In this document: positions 1 through 11,241 of the stretch, in pieces | Numbering within the stretch: position 1 is the stretch's first letter | Layout: each line of letters starts with the position of its first letter | From: a virus | IMG/VR virus record: IMGVR_UViG_3300020045_008546 | Coordinates: 31,460-95,459 of that record | Reading direction: 5' to 3' (one strand) | Length of the DNA stretch: 64,000 bases | Made by a program: the position numbers and the translations under genes | The notes under the pieces: generated by a model | What the model was told of the DNA's origin: nothing | The model's database searches: none | The model's input: the letters and a program-made list of their open reading frames with translations, nothing else

Positions 1-42
1 GTCCCAAAAGTTTTTTATTGCTCGAATATCTTTCATATCGCA

Positions 43-363
43 TTAGATAATTTTCTTAGGTTCCTTAGCTTCTTTTACTTTTGTAACCTTTGTTTCTTCT
101 TCATCTTCTTTAACTTCTTTTTTATCAGAAGTAAGAATCTTTTCAGGTTCAGCAGGTTTGATATTATCAACAGTCATTGTACCTACTTCGCGTTTCGGTT
201 TATCTTCAATATCAGGATTGCCCGGAACAATTTTAACATACCCAAGATCAGCGTTTTCTTTTGCTATATCTTCGTACATTTTATACTTTTCGCCTTTGCT
301 AACAGACTTATCTTTAAGTCCGTCAAACATATTTTCAATTGCCTCAACTGTTACAGTATTCAT
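43..363 (-). CDS. Hypothetical protein of the head-module operon (Lys/Glu-rich C-terminus)
   Basis: Overlaps the GT4 stop, and its own stop overlaps the ATG at 41-43 of the next (truncated) gene. Confidence 0.6.
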   Translation of the reverse strand: MNTVTVEAIENMFDGLKDKSVSKGEKYKMYEDIAKENADLGYVKIVPGNPDIEDKPKREVGTMTVDNIKPAEPEKILTSDKKEVKEDEEETKVTKVKEAKEPKKII

Positions 364-1316
364 CGTAAATAAGGTTTTTGGTTAACTGATTTAAGCCAGT
401 CTTCGAACTTTTCTAATTGAGGTAACGGGTCTAACTCTAATGCTCTTTCGTATACTTTGTCAGATTGACTTTTATATACTTTTGTATTTTCTAAGTTTTT
501 TATCTCTTTAACCCAAGAATCTATATCGTTTCTTTCAACAAATATTCCTGAATCAGATAAGCTACTGTTAAGTCCTTCGTTATTTGAAGCTATTACAGGA
601 ATACCCATACTTGCCGCTTCTATTGCTACTTGTCCCCAACTTTCGTATTTACTTGGAACAATTAGTATTTTAGTGTCTTTTAGATACTTCTTAATATCTT
701 TCGTCTGTGGAACGTATTTGATATTAGTTAATGTTGTATCTTTAATCTGATCGTAATAACCGCCTTCAATACCTAAAAACTGTGTATCTGGCATTTTTTT
801 AGCAATATCAATTAATATTTGACCGCCTTTATTTTCATTCAGATTAATGAGCGTAACGTACTTTGAATTCTTATTATTAACCCCTTCAAAGTCCCTATAA
901 TCAACAGGCGGATTTAAAATAATACTTTCCTGTTTGTATTGTAACTTATCTTTAACCCACTTACTATTATAAACTAAATATTGATTAGGCAATAAACAAC
1001 GTAGAAAGCTATCATTATGACTATTATGAATAATGTGCACTACTTTCTTTTTGTAAGCCTTAGAAGCGTTTTCCGTGTGCCCTGTTCTGTCTAAGTGAGT
1101 GAAAACTAAATCAGCATCTTGCCATAATTTATGAACTCTATCAGACTTAGCATTATTCCAGATATTAACGCCTTCAAATACTGTATCTTCTCCCGGTTGT
1201 AACACTGTAACTTCATGCCCTTTACTTATCAGAAACTTAGCCATTCTATGTGCCATTGTTTCAGCACCTGCCATTTGATAAGGAACTGACATATGAAGAT
1301 TAAATAATAACTTCAA
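360..1316 (-). CDS. Glycosyltransferase family 4 (GT-B)
   Basis: N-terminal GAETMA..MAKFL..KGHEVTV; C-terminal VPSKYESWGQVAIEAASMGIPVIASN (EX7E) motif. Confidence 0.9.
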   Translation of the reverse strand: MKLLFNLHMSVPYQMAGAETMAHRMAKFLISKGHEVTVLQPGEDTVFEGVNIWNNAKSDRVHKLWQDADLVFTHLDRTGHTENASKAYKKKVVHIIHNSHNDSFLRCLLPNQYLVYNSKWVKDKLQYKQESIILNPPVDYRDFEGVNNKNSKYVTLINLNENKGGQILIDIAKKMPDTQFLGIEGGYYDQIKDTTLTNIKYVPQTKDIKKYLKDTKILIVPSKYESWGQVAIEAASMGIPVIASNNEGLNSSLSDSGIFVERNDIDSWVKEIKNLENTKVYKSQSDKVYERALELDPLPQLEKFEDWLKSVNQKPYLR

Positions 1317-1888
1317 AATAATCTCTGTTTAGCGGTATCCCAAGCACTCGTATAATCTGCGTAACCATTAATAATATCGCTCTGTGAAGGTCTTTGAAAT
1401 GCAACCATTGGATTCAACACAAAACATTTTCGAATTGGTAAAGCATTAACTCTAACCCATTCATCAAATACTAATTCACCATTCCAATTCTCTAAGCACC
1501 AGCTTCTAAATTCACGACTAAATAATGTTGCATGAGTATTCCAACCATTTTCTAACCAACTTAAATTATCACTGTATCTTCGTCTATGATCAGATTGTAA
1601 ATTAGATCCAAGCCATAAACCGTCGTAATCGCTCGCCAACTCTGATAAATATTCCCGGTTAAAGTCGGATTCGAAATAGCAATCATCCTCGAATATGAAA
1701 AGGTTCTGTATATCTGCATATTTTTCGAAAATTGCTTTGATTGACTTATTATAACCTTTCCATCCTACCTCCTCTACACATGCACTGAATCTTTCAAATA
1801 CTATGCCTTGTTTATTTAATTCATTAGTAACTTGTTCTAACCTATCAGGTCTTCTATCAAGGTTAAGTACTACTGAGGTAAATTGCAT
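1313..1888 (-). CDS. Glycosyltransferase family 25-like
   Basis: VVLNLDRRPDRL...FERFSA and IFEDD motifs. Confidence 0.85.
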   Translation of the reverse strand: MQFTSVVLNLDRRPDRLEQVTNELNKQGIVFERFSACVEEVGWKGYNKSIKAIFEKYADIQNLFIFEDDCYFESDFNREYLSELASDYDGLWLGSNLQSDHRRRYSDNLSWLENGWNTHATLFSREFRSWCLENWNGELVFDEWVRVNALPIRKCFVLNPMVAFQRPSQSDIINGYADYTSAWDTAKQRLF

Positions 1889-1900
1889 AGATTTAAAGTA

Positions 1901-1930
1901 TACGAGTAGCCCAATTAAGAACTACTCGTA
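1901..1930 (-). terminator. Hairpin/terminator after major capsid gene
   Basis: TACGAGTAG-N12-CTACTCGTA inverted repeat. Confidence 0.7.
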
Positions 1931-1938
1931 TTTCAATG

Positions 1939-3255
1939 TTATGAAAGGATAGTAGCTAGATTGATCTTCATAAATGCCGCTGGTCTGTATACAGGTAGGG
2001 CAATTCTTTCTTCAATACGTAGCGTTACTAAGTTCTGACGGAAATTTGTAGAATCCTCATAAGAAATATCAAAAGTGATACCTTCACGAACAAGTAACTC
2101 AGCGTAATCCCATTCTCCAACCAATGCAGTAAGACGAGCAATACGGTTAGACTTATAAATTGGAATACCCATAAACAAAAGCGTCGCGCGATTGTCGCCT
2201 GCAAATACAAGTCCCGGGAAATCAAATTCACCAGTAGTTGTTTTGTAACGTAGTAATTGAGCGTAATCACGAGGATGCAGCACAATTCCATTCACATAAT
2301 AATTCAATGTTTCTTGTTGAGCAATTGCGTCTACCAAGAATTCAAAGATAGTAGTATATGTAGCGTCAGTCCGGGTATATGTTGAGGCTTGGGTAATAAT
2401 ACCATTCAATTGATTGGTAGAATTGTTCCCATAAAGCAACTGTTGATCCTCAAAGGTTAGCAAATCTTCTGTCATACGTCTACTAGCGTAGCCGGCTAAC
2501 CATGTGATGTCCTGCAACGCTTGCTTAGATACACTCATCCAAGCCGCAATAGTAACCGGCTTAACAAGCACCATTTGCAGATCATAGTCTACTTGGGGTT
2601 TAGTTAGGCCTTCTCCGCCTTGATATCCAATACCCCCATCTCCTCCTATTTCTTGTGGATATTCCAGAACAGCAGAATTCAACGTATTGATATTCAATAG
2701 TTCACGGATGTGAGTACGATTTTGCGGAGTACGCACAACAGTTTGAGAAATCTGGCGATTAGCATAACCATCAAGGTTAGCATTCGTAATAGTCCCTGCT
2801 GCTTTATTTGCAATTTGCTGAATTCCAAATTGTCCATCATCAAGAACGAAACGACTAGATTTGTTATTCAACTCACTTAGCTTTCCTTCTTCTTTTGCTT
2901 TAACAAACATCTCGTCAATTTGAGATTGCATGTTTTTAACACGAGGGGCATTAGAACCGCCCGGTAGCGTAGATTCATTCAAACGAGTTGCAAGAGTTGA
3001 AATGTCATTGCCTTGTGCAGCGTATTTCTTTTCTAGTTCGTCATATTTATCTTCTGCACCTTTAATTTGAGTTGTCAAATCTGCGATGGTCTGAGAATCA
3101 GCCTTTGCTTTAATTTGCTCTTCTAGGGCAGTATATTGTTTCGTCAAGTCCCCTTGAACTTTACCAATCTGAATTTCAGTACTGGATTTAATTTCAGTCT
3201 TAGCAGCATCAACCACTGACTTAATTTCTTTTAGTGCTTTTTCTTCGTCTTCCAT
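1939..3255 (-). CDS. HK97-family major capsid protein with N-terminal coiled-coil delta domain
   Basis: EGLTKP, TIAAWMSVSKQALQD, EDQQLLYG, IVLHPRDY, FRQNLVTLRIEERI..YRPAAF. Confidence 0.95.
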   Translation of the reverse strand: MEDEEKALKEIKSVVDAAKTEIKSSTEIQIGKVQGDLTKQYTALEEQIKAKADSQTIADLTTQIKGAEDKYDELEKKYAAQGNDISTLATRLNESTLPGGSNAPRVKNMQSQIDEMFVKAKEEGKLSELNNKSSRFVLDDGQFGIQQIANKAAGTITNANLDGYANRQISQTVVRTPQNRTHIRELLNINTLNSAVLEYPQEIGGDGGIGYQGGEGLTKPQVDYDLQMVLVKPVTIAAWMSVSKQALQDITWLAGYASRRMTEDLLTFEDQQLLYGNNSTNQLNGIITQASTYTRTDATYTTIFEFLVDAIAQQETLNYYVNGIVLHPRDYAQLLRYKTTTGEFDFPGLVFAGDNRATLLFMGIPIYKSNRIARLTALVGEWDYAELLVREGITFDISYEDSTNFRQNLVTLRIEERIALPVYRPAAFMKINLATILS

Positions 3256-4004
3256 TAGCTTAATGCCGTTTTAAGTAATTTTGCGTAATCAATCTTTTTC
3301 ACTTCCTCTTTCACCTGCGCAATCGTTACGTCATCCGGCAAAGTGTTTTCCAACGGCTTTGTGTCAGTTGATGGCTGGTTGTTTATATCTTCTGATGTAG
3401 AATTCTTTAATAAAATTTCTGATAATTTTTCACTTAATGATTTAAGTCTATCCTGCATAAGAATAAACATTTCGTCTGTGTAATTACCATTATGTAATGC
3501 TTTATCTAATTTCCTAGCCAATTCAAACATTTCTTCAAATGATTTGATGCCAGTAACAGGCGTATTAGGATTTGCGGCTAAGAATTGGATGCCAGATCCC
3601 TCGTACAATTTTAATTCTGTAATTAGGTTTGTATTGGCATCTAATTTTTGCTCTTTAACTACGGAATATCCAATCGAATGTTGATTAATTATAAAATCAG
3701 CACATAAAGACAAATAATTTCGTCCGGCGTCGTGGTTGCCAATTTTAGATTCAAAGTAAAGGCCAAAAGGAGTTTCTTCTAATAATTGAATTTTACCAAC
3801 AGCTTTAAGATGGTCATGGTCTTGTAAATGAGCTATAAGCCCTACACCTTTCGGGCCTCGCTCAGATATTGTTTTACTGAATGATCCTTCTTGTATAATA
3901 TCGCCATCTAAATCTTTGTTTCCAAAAGAAGCAAAAAAGCCGGTAACAACCCTACCGCCACTATCAACATCTTTTATGCTACCGGCTAATCCTTTGTATT
4001 CCAT
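3255..4004 (-). CDS. HK97-type prohead maturation protease (S78)
   Basis: GFFASFGNKDLDGDII..GSF.KTI, LQDHD, HSIGY, LYEGS..FLAANP; directly upstream of capsid. Confidence 0.92.
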   Translation of the reverse strand: MEYKGLAGSIKDVDSGGRVVTGFFASFGNKDLDGDIIQEGSFSKTISERGPKGVGLIAHLQDHDHLKAVGKIQLLEETPFGLYFESKIGNHDAGRNYLSLCADFIINQHSIGYSVVKEQKLDANTNLITELKLYEGSGIQFLAANPNTPVTGIKSFEEMFELARKLDKALHNGNYTDEMFILMQDRLKSLSEKLSEILLKNSTSEDINNQPSTDTKPLENTLPDDVTIAQVKEEVKKIDYAKLLKTALS

Positions 4005-4129
4005 GTCGCCTCTATCAATTCCACTTAATCAAAACAAATCTAAAATAAAAATATTTCAATAAAAATTACGTTAATTTGTTTTACACAAAAAATGTGCATA
4101 TATTGCTTATATATTTTAATATCATATAA

Positions 4130-4291
4130 ATGAAAGATAATATAAAAGAATCAAATAGGTTTCAAATGGTTTTTTATGGCGATCAATTAGGTAGGATAAG
4201 AGAACTCTGTAAACAAGAGGGGCATGCTACTATATCTAGTTTTATAAGATCCCTAGTAATTAATCATGTAAACTCAAAACTTAAAAAATAA
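4130..4291 (+). CDS. 53-aa ribbon-helix-helix-like protein (not in ORF track)
   Basis: MKDNIKESNRFQMVFYGDQLGRIRELCKQEGHATISSFIRSLVINHVNSKLKK; stop overlaps ATG of HNH gene. Confidence 0.6.
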   Translation: MKDNIKESNRFQMVFYGDQLGRIRELCKQEGHATISSFIRSLVINHVNSKLKK

Positions 4292-4956
4292 TGAACGAGA
4301 ATGAATTATTTTATCCATTAATTGGATATGAAGGTTTATATGAGATTAATAAAAATTCAGAGATAAGGAGTTTAGATAGAACTGTAATTTCTAAAAATGG
4401 CAAGAAAATGTTTTTCCCTGCTCAAATATTAATTCCAGTTTTAAATAATCATGGATATCACATACGAACACTTTATAAAGATAAAATTAAAAGGCAATTT
4501 CAGGTTCATAGATTGGTAGCCTTAAACTTTTTACCTAATTCAAATAATTATCCAACGGTAAACCATAAAAATGGAATAAAAACTGACAATCGGATTCAAA
4601 ATCTTGAATGGGCATCCATTAAGCAAAATACACAGCATGGATTTGATGAATTGGGGAGAATTATTTACAATAGAAAATTAAGTGAAATTGAAGTAATAGA
4701 TATATTTAAAAATACATCTTATAATAGCCATAATGCTTATAGGCCGGGAACAGTTACAGTTTCAGAGATGTCTAATAAATATTCTGTTTGTGAAAATGTA
4801 ATTCTGAATATAGTTAAAAGGAGACATTATTTAGAAATTACTAATACCCTCCCGGATATAGAAATAAAAATAAAAAAAGGAATGAATAGAGATGAAAGAA
4901 ATTCAAGAAGAAGAGAAAGAAGATTGGAATTGAAACAACAAAAATTAAATAAATAA
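4291..4956 (+). CDS. NUMOD4-HNH homing endonuclease
   Basis: IGYEGLYEIN..IRSLDR (NUMOD4); VHRLVALNF..VNHKNGIKTDNRIQNLEW (HNH_3). Confidence 0.93.
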   Translation: MNENELFYPLIGYEGLYEINKNSEIRSLDRTVISKNGKKMFFPAQILIPVLNNHGYHIRTLYKDKIKRQFQVHRLVALNFLPNSNNYPTVNHKNGIKTDNRIQNLEWASIKQNTQHGFDELGRIIYNRKLSEIEVIDIFKNTSYNSHNAYRPGTVTVSEMSNKYSVCENVILNIVKRRHYLEITNTLPDIEIKIKKGMNRDERNSRRRERRLELKQQKLNK

Positions 4957-4969
4957 AATTTATATAGCG

Positions 4970-7654
4970 ATGGCAGAACTTACAGACGACGAAAAATTAA
5001 GAATGTACACAAATCCCGAAATTTCACAAGAAGACCAAATTCAAAACGAAATCACCGGATACAACCGTTTAATTTCCGAAGCGCAACAATTCGTATTAGA
5101 AATTGAAACTATCCCACAGACTAAATTTTTAAGCGAACAATTTATTATGTTCCATGAAAAAAGAATCACAGATAGAAACATCATTAAAAAGTTCTATGAG
5201 ATTCTAATTGCTGACTGGCATTATAAAATTGATTCAGCTAAAAAAGAATTATCAACAATTAAAGGCGGCAATCCATTTATAACAAACGATGCAGTTGAGG
5301 AATCTACTGAAAAATTAAACGATCAGATTACAGATCCAAACCCGGATGATATTAACGCTGAATTCCCTGTCAAGAAAAAAGGCAAGTTTTTATCCTTTCT
5401 TGAAAAGTTCTTTTCCTATGCTGATAAGACTGTTACTATTTTAAAAGAAACTAACGTAATTAAAGATAAGAAATGAAAGTACAAGAGTCACTAACGAAAG
5501 ATAACTTTTGGAATGAACTTACTAAATCTTATCCATTAGGGACAAAAGTATTTTACGATTGGATAGACGAATATAAAAAGGCGGTTAACTGGCAAGATTT
5601 ATTCAGAGATCATTTAAATGCTGATGCTAAATTTAGTTCGCCTAAGTTTCATAATTTACCACATGCTATGCAACTTGGTATTTGGATATTCTTTTTAGAT
5701 GAAATAGGAATCATTTATTACTATGATGATTTAGCTGATAGTGGACTTAAAGAACATATAACTCAAACTATGAAGTTAATTGAAATTGATAATATGCCAT
5801 GAAAATAGAAATAGGTAAAACATATAAAGTTCGCAATCCTGAGTACTGTTTAGCTAATGGTTTTGTCTCACAAGATACTATCCTCAAAAAAGATGAAACA
5901 CTAACCAAAGACTTTATTGGCGTTTCAGGAGAAGCGTATTATATTAATGGAAGTGTGTATGGTATATATCAAAAATGGGAATCAGATTTAATAGAAGAGA
6001 TATTATGACAGCAATAACTATTAACGCCTTAATTGATCGTAAATTTAAATCTGGTAAGTATTTTAAAGATGAATTTACTAAATCAACTAGACAAGGAGAA
6101 CACACTATTATTTCAATTGAAATAGATATAAATAACTTTAATGAAGTAACTGATATAGACATTAAAACTGAAACTAAAAAAGATCATTTTCATGATTCAG
6201 AAGTTACTTATATCTCGTTACCAGTTAGCACTTCATTAGAAGACATTGACCACTTAATTAGAATTTTAAATTTATGATAACTAGACAAGAATTAATAGAT
6301 AGGGGGTTTACTAATGGTGACGTTCACGGTCAATTGAGAAAATATACCCTTGATGGAGATGGCAATATATGGGCAATTGATATTCAAATAAAAGATGACG
6401 GTATCATTAAATATATAGATTTAGAGTGCGAAGTTTATGATAATTATATAAACACTCTGTCTATGCCAACTAATACGCCTATTGAAGATATTGATAACCT
6501 TATTCGTATACTTAACTTATGACAAAGAACGCCTTACTTAAATTGGGATTTATAGATAGGTCAGAAAATATTTTATGTTATATCATTAAAGAATCAAATG
6601 ATTTTAGCATATATATCTATGCCGATTCTAGCTTTGAAAATAACGAAGGTGTATATTTAACTTTATCAAGCATACAGAAAGTTATTAGCACCAATCTTCC
6701 TAATATTAAAACAGTTTCTCAACTAAAAACATTCATTAAATTACTATCAAATGACAACAATTAACAAAAAAGAATACGAAGATATTCGAATCATAATTTA
6801 CAGTGTATCTATTCTAATCATTGGTTTTTTAATCGGCTATTTTATCCCAACCTCAAAAACTAAAATAGAAAACAGTGCTATGATTCAAAACTTCAACAAG
6901 GCGCACAATAACATGCTTGATTCTGACATTTACAGAGAACTTTCAGACGAAAACAAGGTGGAATTCATTGAAGGATATAAACGTGGCTCAGAAGATCAAA
7001 TTGACTACTACAATAAGCAGAAAGATGTTTATCTTAATGGTATTATAAAAAATGATTACGAATCAAGTAGAAGAGTTTATTTAAAGTTTAAACCTGAATC
7101 ATTCAAATGAAAATCTATAAAGACATATTAGAAAGTCAGTGCAAAGAATATACAAATTTGGATTTTGCAGGTTGCTGCGAAAGGTTAAGTCATACTGATC
7201 TATTAGAAATAATAGAATCTGCTGTTAAGATTTATACTTTACAAGTTGGGAAAGATATAAGACAAAGATGTTTAGATAACGTAGAGGTTATAGAAGAATT
7301 CGAAGACGGAGATCCGATATGGCATATTAATGAAGATTCTATTTTAAACATTGAAATTAAACTACCATGACCATATCAGAACGCAAACATAAATCTAACA
7401 CAAAACTTGTAGGAGCTAAACAGCTATGCGATTTATTTAATGCAGCTAGATACTTTTGTTGTGGCGTTATTTTTATTTCTGTTCTTCCTGTATGGGAAAG
7501 TAAAAGTATAGCAATGATATTTCTGTTTAGCTTTTTAGTGTTAGTATTGATCTGTAACTTACTTTATAATTTGTTTAGCAGAGTAATGGATGAGGCATTG
7601 AAAGAGCTAAGTGAGATTGACAAATTAAATAAGTGGATCAGCAGTTCTAACTAA
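4970..7654 (+). other. Operon of about 10 small hypothetical phage proteins, including tandem paralogs 5975-6277 and 6274-6522
   Basis: Overlapping start/stop codons; shared C-terminus P..T..EDID.LIRILNL. Confidence 0.7.
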
Positions 7655-8442
7655 ATAAATCCGCCTTCTTTTTTACGATAATGCAAACGGCAACGACATC
7701 CGGCAATTTCTTTTATAGGCAAAACTTTATCGTATGGCATTCGAGCTTGATAACCGCCCACATTAAACTTAGATTCAATACCTATGTATTCAGTTGTTAC
7801 ATTATGATGAGAATTACGTAGGCGTTCGTCAAAAATACGCATCCACTTCTTCTCTAACACAACATTTAATTCCCTAGATACATAAATTGCGGCATCTTCT
7901 TCACTTGTATTTGCTATATAAGATGTTTCAGTTAAAGCTATTAATTTACTTCTATTCAAAGCGTATGTGCCTAGAATATTTTTTCTAAGTAAAGTCTTTA
8001 ATTTATTAACAGTTAAATTTAACTCCTTACCCTTATCAAATATTTTCTTTATGTGATCTAATGTTGTTTTATGAATTGAATCAGTTCTAATAATACTTTC
8101 AGGTGAACGTATTATATCAGTAAGTTTTTGTTTCCATAATGACAATCCAAACGAATCAGTGGTATCACTACTAAGACTTGCTTTAAGAGAAGAATAAGCA
8201 CTTGTAAAAGCCGATATGCCAACAGTAGTATAAATAGTGCCAAGTATTAATAAAAGTTGATCACGGTCGTTTTTTGATTCAAGTATATTGATTGTCTCTT
8301 CAACAGAATAGTTATCTAGTAATTCAGATACATGAGCATAAGTAGTTTTGAAGTATACTAATATCTGTTTGATAGCATACTTCTCATATCTTAATTGCTC
8401 TTTCGTTTTTGACTTAAAATATGCTATCTCTTCTTTCGTCAT
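7651..8442 (-). CDS. Head morphogenesis protein (SPP1 gp7 / Mu F family)
   Basis: RSKLIALTET, KKWMRIFDERLRNSH, F.VGG...MPYD, EIAGCRC. Confidence 0.88.
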   Translation of the reverse strand: MTKEEIAYFKSKTKEQLRYEKYAIKQILVYFKTTYAHVSELLDNYSVEETINILESKNDRDQLLLILGTIYTTVGISAFTSAYSSLKASLSSDTTDSFGLSLWKQKLTDIIRSPESIIRTDSIHKTTLDHIKKIFDKGKELNLTVNKLKTLLRKNILGTYALNRSKLIALTETSYIANTSEEDAAIYVSRELNVVLEKKWMRIFDERLRNSHHNVTTEYIGIESKFNVGGYQARMPYDKVLPIKEIAGCRCRLHYRKKEGGFI

Positions 8443-8525
8443 GTTTACTTTTTCTTACGCTGTTTTTTTTGTTTCCTCTTCCCCCTTTTGTTTTTCCCTA
8501 AGAGGAAGGGTGAGGGATAGGTGGG

Positions 8526-9443
8526 TTACCTATCCCATCCAAATTGAACAAACTTTCTATATTCTCTTAAAGCAATAATCTTATAACCAATTCCATTTAA
8601 ATGTGTTATATCTCCGGTAGGTTTCATGCCTCTTGGAAATATCCCATTTGCTATATCAGTAAGATCGTCTGACGTTGGAGTATATTTAATAAATGCCATT
8701 TCCTCCGTTGTTGGCGGTGTCATTTGTATATAATTATCTGGATATAAATTTTTCAGCGAGGTGTTGTGTGCATCAACTTCCGCACGAGCAGGCGTTCCTG
8801 TTGTTTCAAGATTGTTTGGCAGAACACCAAAAACTAAAAAGCGTTTTGGATTAGCTAGATAATTCACACAGGCAACAATGCTTGCTAATATTTTCGTTTT
8901 ATCTGGATCATTTCTACCCATCCAAAACGTGTTAATATCATCTACCGCATTAAGCCCTGCATCGGGAATAAATATAGAATCTGGGGCAATTGTAGCATTT
9001 GCTCCAAAATAGTTAGCTGCCAATGCAATAGTATCGACTTCAACCTGACTAGGGGCTGTTCCTGTTGCAGATCGGAAAATAATACATCTTTGTTTTACGG
9101 CTACGTTACCCTGTGTAGTTAACAATGTACCCGAAGCATATCGGCTTGTGTTATCTGCTGCTGTTCGCAGAAAATAAGAAGACATGTTAGATAATGTAAC
9201 AGGAACACCAACAGTGCTAAATGCGCCGCCAGTTGCTGTTACATAACATGGAATTGCTCCGAACCTAGTAGCTATCTGCGTACTAGTTTGCCCACCTATC
9301 CCATATTGATTGATAACTCTTTCTGTTGGTAAAAATCCCAATAGATGCACAGTGACATTCATTCCATCACCTCCTGCACCTTGTACCATACTATCCCCCC
9401 ATTTATTTATGGTTTTGCTAATTCCGTTATTAATATTTCCCAT
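8526..9443 (-). CDS. SGNH/GDSL esterase, probably virion-associated
   Basis: WGDSM (block I), GIGGQTS (II), MGRND (III), DITHLN (V). Confidence 0.85.
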   Translation of the reverse strand: MGNINNGISKTINKWGDSMVQGAGGDGMNVTVHLLGFLPTERVINQYGIGGQTSTQIATRFGAIPCYVTATGGAFSTVGVPVTLSNMSSYFLRTAADNTSRYASGTLLTTQGNVAVKQRCIIFRSATGTAPSQVEVDTIALAANYFGANATIAPDSIFIPDAGLNAVDDINTFWMGRNDPDKTKILASIVACVNYLANPKRFLVFGVLPNNLETTGTPARAEVDAHNTSLKNLYPDNYIQMTPPTTEEMAFIKYTPTSDDLTDIANGIFPRGMKPTGDITHLNGIGYKIIALREYRKFVQFGWDR

Positions 9444-9446
9444 TTT

Positions 9447-10325
9447 TTAAAGTAAGGTTAAGTATGCAGAAGCGTATATATATACAGGATTTCCAGCAGT
9501 GGAAATTGAAATAGAAAAAGGGGTGTTCCCCGGAGCTTGTGGTGGTATATCGAATTTAAGGGCTAGACTTCCATTTGCCGGGACTGAAAAAGTGAGTGGA
9601 TTTGTTCCGGTAATCGTAACTAACACCGCCGTGCTTTGCGTATTTGTTAGGTAAATTTCCTTTAAGTTGTATATGAGACGTGTTGTACTTGCGGTGAATA
9701 ACGCCTGACTAGTAGTAGTAGTAAGGGAATTTACTAGGTTCCTAAACAATGAAGTTGGATTCGCAAGCAAATTTAAATTAGGCTCAACCCAAATTTCCTG
9801 ATGCAGAAAAATTTCTAAGGTGAAAAAACTAGTAGGATCGCTCGAATTTTGACTTTTTATAATCCTTAAAAATCTCCCTTTTTTATTTCCTTTATATACC
9901 GCTGTTCCGTTAACAGAAGAAATAACAGATGAATTATAAGGAGCGTAGCGGCTTCCTACATATGTAAATGCGTAAGGAGTGTTTAGGTTTATTGATGCGC
10001 CCATATATGTAGTAACTGCCGTAGTTATCCCCCCATCGGAAACGATCATTGTCATCGACTCATAACCCTCTAAATCGATATCCGCAATAATTTGACCGCT
10101 AGCTACCGATATAGGTACGATATAAATTAACTTTTTAGCCGTCTTTTTGATTAATTGAGGATTGATATCTGCATCTTTCAGTGAAGCATTTACTTTCCCT
10201 CCTTCCTTCAACCCATTAGAGGCATTAACTCCATCTGTAACAGCATTCTTAATGTTTGTGAAGAATAAAGCAAGTGATGCTAAGTAATCACCTATCGCCT
10301 TTGCAAGCGTTTGAAAATAATTCAT
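9447..10325 (-). CDS. Beta-rich putative virion/fibre protein
   Basis: Ser/Thr/Gly-rich beta composition; in operon with fibre-like and SGNH genes. Confidence 0.5.
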   Translation of the reverse strand: MNYFQTLAKAIGDYLASLALFFTNIKNAVTDGVNASNGLKEGGKVNASLKDADINPQLIKKTAKKLIYIVPISVASGQIIADIDLEGYESMTMIVSDGGITTAVTTYMGASINLNTPYAFTYVGSRYAPYNSSVISSVNGTAVYKGNKKGRFLRIIKSQNSSDPTSFFTLEIFLHQEIWVEPNLNLLANPTSLFRNLVNSLTTTTSQALFTASTTRLIYNLKEIYLTNTQSTAVLVTITGTNPLTFSVPANGSLALKFDIPPQAPGNTPFSISISTAGNPVYIYASAYLTLL

Positions 10326-11173
10326 TGTGTAACTGTTGGTTGTGGATCAACAAGTGTTCCGTATACGTATAATTCTACTCCGTCCCAGTAATACGGTACT
10401 TTTTGTATTCCCTGAAACTCGTCATTTTGAACCGTGAAAGTCTTTGGATGATTCAACCTTAAAAGTGCTACCATTGCTGCGTAGGTTGCCGGTCGTGGAT
10501 TGGCAACAATAGCCATTGCCTCATCTCTGATTGCAATCGTATCAGTCTTGATCGTATTTGTATCACTCTTAATCTGATTCGTTTCAGACTTCAAAGTGGT
10601 AACATCAGTTTTCAGATTAACAACCTGATTGAGATATCCCTCAGTAGCCGCTCTTCCTGCTTCAACCTCTTGTTTGTCAGTATCTACTTGACTAGCTAAG
10701 GAAATATTTTGATTCGTAAGAGTAGTTACTTGAATTAATGAACTTTCAGCACTACTAGCCGCCTCTTCTGCACGTTCAGTATATTCTAAGTTTTCCCGCG
10801 TGTCATTGAAACTTAATTGAACATCAATTCCATCTGAAATTGTCACATTGATAGTATCATTAACTGAACTATCGCCGCTAAACTTTAACTCTACTAATGC
10901 AGAAATTATCCCAACTCCGCCACTATAAATAATTAGTGTGAATTGCGGTAATTTAATTGCCTGTAAATTTTCTTTGGTGATTGTTATTGTAGCAAGACTG
11001 CCTGATGAAGAAACCGTAGCTATTCCTTCTCTGAAACGCCCATTGTAATATAATTTAGCTTCTAAGTCGCTTAAACTATATCCATCCGGGAAACGTAATT
11101 TTAATACAAGATCACTATCAAGAAACGCCTGAATAGTTTTAGACCTTGAAGGAATATTAGAAAGTATTGACAT
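10322..11173 (-). CDS. Putative fibre/appendage protein (N-terminal beta anchor domain plus coiled coil)
   Basis: Heptad repeats LKTDVTTLKSETNQIKSDTNTIKTDT; N-terminal domain paralogous to 24966-27614. Confidence 0.6.
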   Translation of the reverse strand: MSILSNIPSRSKTIQAFLDSDLVLKLRFPDGYSLSDLEAKLYYNGRFREGIATVSSSGSLATITITKENLQAIKLPQFTLIIYSGGVGIISALVELKFSGDSSVNDTINVTISDGIDVQLSFNDTRENLEYTERAEEAASSAESSLIQVTTLTNQNISLASQVDTDKQEVEAGRAATEGYLNQVVNLKTDVTTLKSETNQIKSDTNTIKTDTIAIRDEAMAIVANPRPATYAAMVALLRLNHPKTFTVQNDEFQGIQKVPYYWDGVELYVYGTLVDPQPTVTQ

Positions 11174-11241
11174 TTCTCACGTATCTATCTCACAAATTAT
11201 GAAACAAATATAGCGATTTAATAGGTTTAAAGCAAATTGTT

